Shown here piece after piece: positions 58,626-64,000 of a stretch of DNA of 64,000 nucleotides. The stretch comes from Klebsiella pneumoniae. Lineage in GTDB: Bacteria > Pseudomonadota > Gammaproteobacteria > Ga0077536. The notes beneath the pieces were generated by a model, which ran no database searches, was not told the DNA's origin, and saw only the letters and a program-made list of their open reading frames with translations. The stretch spans positions 5,446 to 69,445 of the forward strand of contig CAMCQE010000003.1 in assembly GCA_945876945.1 (NCBI GenBank), in the 5' to 3' direction. Both the position numbers and the translations under genes were made by a program. The stretch's first letter is position 1. The number at the start of each line of letters is the position of its first letter.

Positions 58626-59156
58626 ATGTTTGATGCTGCAAGGCCACTGTTGTACATCACGCTCGCGCCGGAGTGCCTGACGATCAGGAACCTTCGCAGC
58701 GGTCTGGTGATTGCCGAAGTGCCCGAACTGGCGATGAGTCGCTCGCCCACGCCCGAGATCCTTGGGGTGGGGTCGAAAGCGCGCCAGGCCGCCGCCGCGC
58801 AAGCCGCGCAAGTGATCAATCCTTTTGACCATCCCAGATCGCTGGTTGCTGATTTCACGGCCGCCGAGCAAGTGCTGCGGCTGCTGGTGCGCCAAGCGAC
58901 GGGGCACTCTTTTTTCGCAATGGCGCCCATCATTTTCATCCACCCCCTGGGTGAGCCGGAGGGTGGCTTCACACAGCTGGAATATCGGGCGTTTCGCGAA
59001 ATGGCGCTGGGTGCGGGCGCCTCACGCGTGTACCTGCTGGAAGGCAAGCTGCTGACCGATCGGGAAATCCTTCAGCTTGAAAAAGAGGGGCGTCGTATCC
59101 GGGGCTTCGGGGATGAAACGAGGGGCGCGGCTGGCGGCAACCTTCCGGGTTTGTGA
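58626..59156 (+). CDS. MreB-like half protein (actin-fold N-terminal half, nucleotide-binding motif not conserved)
   Basis: 176 aa. By eye it aligns with E. coli MreB residues ~10-160 (SLVADFTAAEQVLRLLVRQ vs GVIADFFVTEKMLQHFIKQ; EYRAFREMALGAGASRVYLLE vs [21 protein letters not shown]). It has LYITLAPECL where MreB has IDLGTANT, and it lacks the entire second half. Confidence 0.55.
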   Translation: MFDAARPLLYITLAPECLTIRNLRSGLVIAEVPELAMSRSPTPEILGVGSKARQAAAAQAAQVINPFDHPRSLVADFTAAEQVLRLLVRQATGHSFFAMAPIIFIHPLGEPEGGFTQLEYRAFREMALGAGASRVYLLEGKLLTDREILQLEKEGRRIRGFGDETRGAAGGNLPGL

Positions 59157-59230
59157 TCGATACGCCCGGCGGCGCTGCTAGCGCTTGCATCGGGGCCGCA
59201 GGCGAATATTTTCCTGAGGAGCACAGCGCA

Positions 59231-59971
59231 ATGGCACTCGAACTGATTGGCGCCGGGTTTGGCCGTACCGGCACGATGTCGACCTATACCGCGCTGCGCG
59301 AACTGCGTCTGCCCTGCTATCACATGGTGGAAGTGTTGAACCACAAGGCCAACGGCCATCACCTCGACTTCTGGTGTCGCGTCGCGGACAGCGCGCCGGG
59401 CACCGCGCAGCCCTGGGAGGACGTGTTCAAGAACTATCGTGCGGCGCTGGATAACCCCGCCTGCTGCGTATGGCGTGAGTTGATGATTGCCTACCCGAAC
59501 GCCAAGGTGCTGTTGACGCTGCATCCCAAGGGCGCTGAAGCCTGGTACGAGAGCACGATGGAGACCATCTACTTCACCGAGACGCTCTGGCAATTCAAGG
59601 TGCTGGAGTGGTTTACCCCGTTTGGCCGAAAATTCGGCGCGATGTCGCGGCAACTCATCTGGCAGCGCTCGCATCGCGGCACCATGACGGATCGGGCGGC
59701 GGCCATCGCGCATTACCAGCAGCACATTGAGGACGTGACGGCGGCGGTCCCGCCGGCCCGGCTGCTGGTGTATTCCGCCGATCAGGGATGGGAACCGCTG
59801 TGCGCGTTGCTTGGCGTGCCGGTGCCGGAGACGCCATTTCCGAACGTCAACGACCGCCCCACGATTCAGCGCGCAATCCGCGGCATGACGCGCGGCGCCT
59901 ACGGCATTTTGCTCGCGCTGAGCGCGATGGCCGGCGCGGCGATTTACGGCTTATGGCGGTTGCTGCCCTGA
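59231..59971 (+). CDS. Sulfotransferase-family protein
   Basis: The N-terminal IGAGFGRTGTMS (PAPS 5'-phosphate-binding-loop-like) followed by PCYHM is typical of the bacterial Sulfotransfer_4-type family. There is a C-terminal TM-like tail. Started at the ATG at 59231. Confidence 0.65.
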   Translation: MALELIGAGFGRTGTMSTYTALRELRLPCYHMVEVLNHKANGHHLDFWCRVADSAPGTAQPWEDVFKNYRAALDNPACCVWRELMIAYPNAKVLLTLHPKGAEAWYESTMETIYFTETLWQFKVLEWFTPFGRKFGAMSRQLIWQRSHRGTMTDRAAAIAHYQQHIEDVTAAVPPARLLVYSADQGWEPLCALLGVPVPETPFPNVNDRPTIQRAIRGMTRGAYGILLALSAMAGAAIYGLWRLLP

Positions 59972-59993
59972 GGGCGAGCGCCGCGTCTCGCCG

Positions 59994-61610
59994 CTAGAGG
60001 GCAGCGCCGGCGAGTTCGCCCGCGCGGAACATCTCCACCAGCCGGAATTTCTGCAGCTTGCCGGAGGCGGTGGCCGGGATGGCCGGCAGCGCATACCAGT
60101 GGTTCGGCACCTTGTGGCGCGCGAGCTGCGCCGCGACGTGCGCGCGCAGGGCGTCGCCGCTGGCCTGAGCGCCCGCTTTGAACGTCACCACCGCCGCGAC
60201 CTGTTCGCCCCAGTAATCATCCGGCACGCCAAATACCGCGACTTCCGCCACCGCTTCGTGGGTGTAGAGCACTTCTTCAACTTCGCGCGGATAAATGTTT
60301 TCGCCGCCGCGGATGATGAGATCTTTCAGCCGCCCCGTGACCCGGCAATAGCCGCGCGCGTCCATCGCGCAGAGGTCCCCGGTGTGCAGCCAGCCGTCGG
60401 CATCGATGGTCGCGGCGGTGGCTTCAGGCATGTCGTAGTAGGCCATCATCACGTGGAAGCCGCGGGTGCAAAGTTCGCCGGGCTGGTCGACGGGCAAAAT
60501 CTGGCCGGTGCCCGGATCGATAATTTTGACTTCAATTTGGGGAATGGGCTGGCCGATCGTGGCGCTCTTGTCTTCGTCCCTGTCGGTGAGGCGGGTGTGG
60601 GTGATAGACGGTGAAGTCTCGGTCTGGCCGTAGCCGATGATGAGCGTCACGCCGAACTGCGCTTCCACCTGCCGCACCACTTCGATGGGCACGATGGTGG
60701 CGCCGGAGAACATCGTCACCAGACTGGACAAGTCGCGCGGGCGTCTGGCCTGCGCCGCCAGCAGCGCAATCAGCATGGTGGGGACGCCAAAACCGAAGGT
60801 CACCCGCTCCTGTTCGATGAGGTCGAGCATCAGCTCGGGCTCGAAGGCCGCCGGCAGGACCAAGGTGCCGCCGGTCTGCGCGGTGCCCAGCACATTGGCC
60901 ACGCAGCCTGCGGTGTGGAACAAGGGCGCCACGCCCAGATTCACCGTGGTGGGGCCCAGCGCTTTGATGATCGCCATCATCCGGGCGTTGTTGGTGACGC
61001 TGTAATGATTCAGCAGGGCGCCTTTGGGCTGGCCGGTGGTGCCCGAGGTGTACTGGATCATGCAGGGCTGATGCGGGTCGATGGCGGGCAGCGACTGGGT
61101 CGCGGCGCCCAGCGCCGCGAATGAATCCAGCGCCTCGAGGCAGGACACATGCTGCAGGCTTAGCCCTTCCAGCGCGCTCGCCTCCGCGATCGCCGCGCCC
61201 ATGTCGAGCCCGCGATAGTGCGTTTGATGAAACACGCCGCGCGCCCGCGACTGGCGCAACACATAGGCCAGTTCGTTTACCCGGGCCGCCGGGTTGACGG
61301 TCACCATCACCAGCCCGGCCAGGGCCAGACCGTATTGCAGGATGACCCACTCGGCGCAATTGCCGCCCCAGATCGCCACGTGCTCGCCGGGCTTGAACAC
61401 CGTGAGCAGGGCGCGCGCCGTTTCTTCGGCCTTCGCGTGGAGCTGGGCGTAGGTCCAGCGCCTGCGTTGCGCCGGATCCTCCACCGCCTCAACCAGCGCC
61501 AGGTGCTCTGGACGTGCCAGCGCTGCGTCTCGCAACACGCCGGCGCAGCTCGTTTCCACCAAGGGGATGTCGTCGGTGGCCGCCCAGTACGATTCGGTGC
61601 GGCGGATCAT
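59994..61610 (-). CDS. AMP-dependent acyl-CoA synthetase/ligase
   Basis: AMP-binding motif IQYTSGTTGQPKGA, YGQTE, GWLHTGD and SGKLQK motifs. The start overlaps the ACAD stop (ATGA). Confidence 0.9.
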   Translation of the reverse strand: MIRRTESYWAATDDIPLVETSCAGVLRDAALARPEHLALVEAVEDPAQRRRWTYAQLHAKAEETARALLTVFKPGEHVAIWGGNCAEWVILQYGLALAGLVMVTVNPAARVNELAYVLRQSRARGVFHQTHYRGLDMGAAIAEASALEGLSLQHVSCLEALDSFAALGAATQSLPAIDPHQPCMIQYTSGTTGQPKGALLNHYSVTNNARMMAIIKALGPTTVNLGVAPLFHTAGCVANVLGTAQTGGTLVLPAAFEPELMLDLIEQERVTFGFGVPTMLIALLAAQARRPRDLSSLVTMFSGATIVPIEVVRQVEAQFGVTLIIGYGQTETSPSITHTRLTDRDEDKSATIGQPIPQIEVKIIDPGTGQILPVDQPGELCTRGFHVMMAYYDMPEATAATIDADGWLHTGDLCAMDARGYCRVTGRLKDLIIRGGENIYPREVEEVLYTHEAVAEVAVFGVPDDYWGEQVAAVVTFKAGAQASGDALRAHVAAQLARHKVPNHWYALPAIPATASGKLQKFRLVEMFRAGELAGAAL

Positions 61611-63931
61611 GTGGGGAGTCTCAGTACCTGTTTGGCGAGGATGTTGCGCTGGATCTCGTTGCTGCCGGCGTAAATCGGCGCCGGGCGGGCGTTATAGAAA
61701 TGGCTCAGAACATCGATCCTGGCGTCGCCAAACGCCTGCTTGCCAACAATGCCGGCGGCGTCGCCAGCGGCTTCCAGAATCATCTCGCTAAGCCGCACAT
61801 AGGTTTCGGTCGACCAGATCTTGAGCACGGAAATATCGACGCCCGGCACGCCGCCCTGTTTCACAATCGCCGCGTACTCGCCGTACAGCGCTTCCAGATC
61901 CAGCACATCCAGCGTGATGGCGGTGAGCGCATCGCGGGTCGCGGCGTTGTCGATTTGCCCGTTCGCCACCAGCAGCTCGCGTAGCTGATGCACCGCGTGC
62001 TGACAGAGCTTGGGCGAGCCCACGAACAGGCGCTCATGGCCAAGCAGCGACTTGGCAATCGTCCAGCCCGCATTGAGTTCGCCCACCAGGTTGTGGCGCG
62101 GCACCCGCACGTTATCGAGAAAGACCTCGCAGAAATCGACGTGCCCACCCAGATTCACGATCGGGCGCACGGTGACGCCGGGCTGGCGCAAATCGATCAG
62201 CAGGAAACTAATCCCCGCCTGCGGTTTGACGTTGGGATCGGTTCGCACGAGGCAGTACATATGCGTGGCATCCAGGCCATGAGTGGTCCAGGTTTTCTGG
62301 CCGTTAACGATGAACTCGTCCCCGTCCAGCACCGCGCGAGTGGCGAGCGCCGCGAGATCGGAGCCGGCTTCCGGTTCCGAATAGCCCTGACACCAAATCT
62401 GCTCGCCGGTCAGCGCCGCCGGCAGATATTGTTCGCGCTGCTCCGGGCTGCCGTAGCTCATCAGAATCGGGCCAATCATCACGATGCCCTGATCGGGCGC
62501 GCGGGCCACGCCCCAGCGTTCCAGCTCTTCGATGAAAATCAGCATTTTGTTGGGCGCGAGACCCATGCCGCCGTGGGCGACGGGCCAGGCCGGCGCCGCC
62601 CAGCCCTGCGCGACCAGCTGGGCGTGCCAGCCTTTGATTTCAGACCAGCGGAGCTGGTCCGGCACGTGACGAAGCTCGGGCGGGTAATGGGCTTCGAGCC
62701 AGTGCCGCACGGTACTGCGGAACAGCGCGTCATCCAGGCTATTCCAGTCGCCGTCGGTGGGGCGGAAGTCAGCGGGGAGCGGCGGCGGCAAGACCGCGGC
62801 AGCATCGCCTTCGGCGCCCAGCGCGAGGCGGCTGGCGGCGAGCACGGTTCGCGCACCGCCAAAGCGTGCGCTCATCACCAGTGCGCGCTGCACGTACAAG
62901 GACACGTCGCACTGCTCGGTGTAGCCGATGGCGCCATGCAGCTGGATCGCCTCGCGGACAATGCGGGTGGTGGTGGCGCAGGCCCGATGGCGCGCGCGCG
63001 CCGCCATGAGCGTCAGGGCCGGCGTGGCGGCTTCATCGCCCTGTTCGAGCGCGACCGACAAGGCCGCTTTGCTCAAACGCAAATGGAGATACATGTCGAC
63101 CAGTCGGTGCTGCAAAGCCTGGAAGGTGCCGATGGGGCGGCCGAACTGGCGGCGCACGCGGAGATACTCCGCCGTGATGTCGAGCAGGCTTTCGCCGAGT
63201 CCGAGCAGATAGGCGCTGGCGCCCAAGCCGGCGAGCGCCCGGGCCCGCTCCAGCACTTCAGAGATAGCTTGCTTGGTGTGCAGTCGGTCTGCAGCCGGGC
63301 AGCGCACGCTCTCGAGATGGACTCGGCCATCGCACGTGCCGTCGGCCAGCGTCAGGGCTTCCAGGCTCAGCCCGGCGGCGGCGCGCGGCACCACAAACAG
63401 GCCCGGCTCGCCATCGCAGTCTGCGACCAGCAAAAAATAATCGACGTCGGGCGCAACCGGCAGCTGCGCGACCGTGCCATGCAGTTCGTAGCCGTCGGCG
63501 AGCGCCACGGCGCGAAGTGGATTGGTGATTTCCGCCCCGTTGGCGAGCGAGGTGGTGAACAAGGCCTCGCCGCTCAGCAGCGCGGCCAGCTGCGATTCCC
63601 CATTGACCGTGCCGGCGAGCAAGGCGCTGCAGGCCACGCCGGCTTCAATGACCGGTTCGACAGCCGCCACGCGACCCAGCGCGTGGCCCATGATGGCGAC
63701 CGCGTTAGCCCCCATTTCAAGCCCGCCCAGCGACTCCGGCACCACCATGCCCAACCAGCCCAAGTCAGCCATCTCGCGCCAGCAAGAGAGATCAAACCGT
63801 GGACTCGTTTGGCGCAGGGCGCGCAAGCGGGACGGGGGCAGGGCGCGTGCGCAGTAATCGTTGATGCTCTCGCGGAGCAGCGTATCGGTGTCATTGTCGA
63901 CAGCGGTGGTGGCGGCTGATTGTTCAAACAT
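61607..63931 (-). CDS. Fused double acyl-CoA dehydrogenase (two ACAD modules in one 774-aa polypeptide)
   Basis: The N-terminal module ends with ..IQLHGAIGYTEQCDVSLYVQRAL. The C-terminal module has WCQGYSEPEAGSDLA, FIVNGQKTWTT and ..IYAGSNEIQRNILA. The ATG at 63931 is preferred over TTG 63937. Confidence 0.8.
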   Translation of the reverse strand: MFEQSAATTAVDNDTDTLLRESINDYCARALPPSRLRALRQTSPRFDLSCWREMADLGWLGMVVPESLGGLEMGANAVAIMGHALGRVAAVEPVIEAGVACSALLAGTVNGESQLAALLSGEALFTTSLANGAEITNPLRAVALADGYELHGTVAQLPVAPDVDYFLLVADCDGEPGLFVVPRAAAGLSLEALTLADGTCDGRVHLESVRCPAADRLHTKQAISEVLERARALAGLGASAYLLGLGESLLDITAEYLRVRRQFGRPIGTFQALQHRLVDMYLHLRLSKAALSVALEQGDEAATPALTLMAARARHRACATTTRIVREAIQLHGAIGYTEQCDVSLYVQRALVMSARFGGARTVLAASRLALGAEGDAAAVLPPPLPADFRPTDGDWNSLDDALFRSTVRHWLEAHYPPELRHVPDQLRWSEIKGWHAQLVAQGWAAPAWPVAHGGMGLAPNKMLIFIEELERWGVARAPDQGIVMIGPILMSYGSPEQREQYLPAALTGEQIWCQGYSEPEAGSDLAALATRAVLDGDEFIVNGQKTWTTHGLDATHMYCLVRTDPNVKPQAGISFLLIDLRQPGVTVRPIVNLGGHVDFCEVFLDNVRVPRHNLVGELNAGWTIAKSLLGHERLFVGSPKLCQHAVHQLRELLVANGQIDNAATRDALTAITLDVLDLEALYGEYAAIVKQGGVPGVDISVLKIWSTETYVRLSEMILEAAGDAAGIVGKQAFGDARIDVLSHFYNARPAPIYAGSNEIQRNILAKQVLRLPT

Positions 63932-63948
63932 TGGCAATGCTTTCGTCG

Positions 63949-63972
63949 AAAAAAAACCACGGCGCAGCGTGG
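63949..63972 (-). terminator. Rho-independent terminator of the gene lying beyond the right edge (minus strand)
   Basis: On the minus strand this reads CCACG-CTGCGC-CGTGG followed by T8 (A8 at 63949-63956 on plus). It is located 18 nt upstream of the ACAD start. The stem is short, so confidence is moderate. Confidence 0.5.
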
Positions 63973-64000
63973 CGTTGTGGTGAGAACTGCACCTAAAAGA

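Noticed and set aside
61988-63919. A 643-aa plus-strand ORF, and many other long antisense ORFs in the track: 2618-3574(-), 9739-10662(-), 16626-17504(+), 37875-38753(+), 38874-39788(+), 44932-45939(-), 58203-58943(-).
   Set aside because: They lie exactly opposite genes with strong family motifs. Their translations are Arg/Ala/Gly/His/Pro-rich with no motifs, which is typical of shadow ORFs in high-GC DNA where stop codons are rare.

Overview
This is a high-GC chromosomal segment from a Gram-negative, probably proteobacterial genome; an mlaFED operon sits at the left edge. I count about 57 protein-coding genes. I found no rRNA, tRNA, CRISPR array, transposase, integrase or phage gene by eye.

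All calls come from reading the ORF translations for family motifs and from hand-indexing the DNA. No database search was possible. Several track ORFs begin at TTG or GTG, so I moved their starts to a downstream ATG where the N-terminus or spacing looked better.

Gene content from left to right:
- 1-1822: mlaD (partial), mlaE and mlaF.
- 1922-7331: a six-gene co-directional cluster. It holds a CX5R phosphatase, a stand-alone PEP-utiliser phosphohistidine swivel protein, a 516-aa and a 201-aa orphan, an SDR and a Zn-ribbon Nudix.
- 7514-16204: housekeeping and accessory genes (alpha/beta hydrolase, DMT, RND/MMPL exporter, LLM oxidoreductase, P-loop protein, receiver-HD-GYP regulator, crotonase).
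- 16239-23771: a cyanophycin locus. It has tandem cphA and a shorter cphA', divergent from an ABC exporter plus a DUF1854 gene.
- 24782-33239: three tandem, translationally coupled TPR + GT9-like glycosyltransferase paralogues, followed directly by a TolC-like lipoprotein and a multicopper oxidase.
- 33370-37900: a large Orn/Lys/Arg decarboxylase, an amidohydrolase, a GST and a cupin.
- 37950-48123: an oxygenase-dense block with three Baeyer-Villiger-type monooxygenases, a P450, a molybdopterin oxidoreductase, a YciI protein and a cupin.
- 48158-52982: a SprA-related protein, a cNMP-binding protein and a DsbA-like isomerase / 56-aa ORF / GST / crotonase operon, then (divergently) an LLM oxidoreductase.
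- 53231-59971: a secreted TPR protein, a frame-disrupted cbpA with intact cbpM, a LemA-TPM-TPM operon, an MreB-like half protein and a sulfotransferase.
- 59994-63931: an acyl-CoA ligase coupled to a fused double acyl-CoA dehydrogenase.

The best candidates for something undescribed are the swivel-His/orphan cluster (1922-7331) and the triple TPR-glycosyltransferase array coupled to the TolC/MCO genes (24782-33239). Apart from the response regulator, CbpM and the possible winged-helix protein at 5335, I see no classical one-component DNA-binding regulator in the window.
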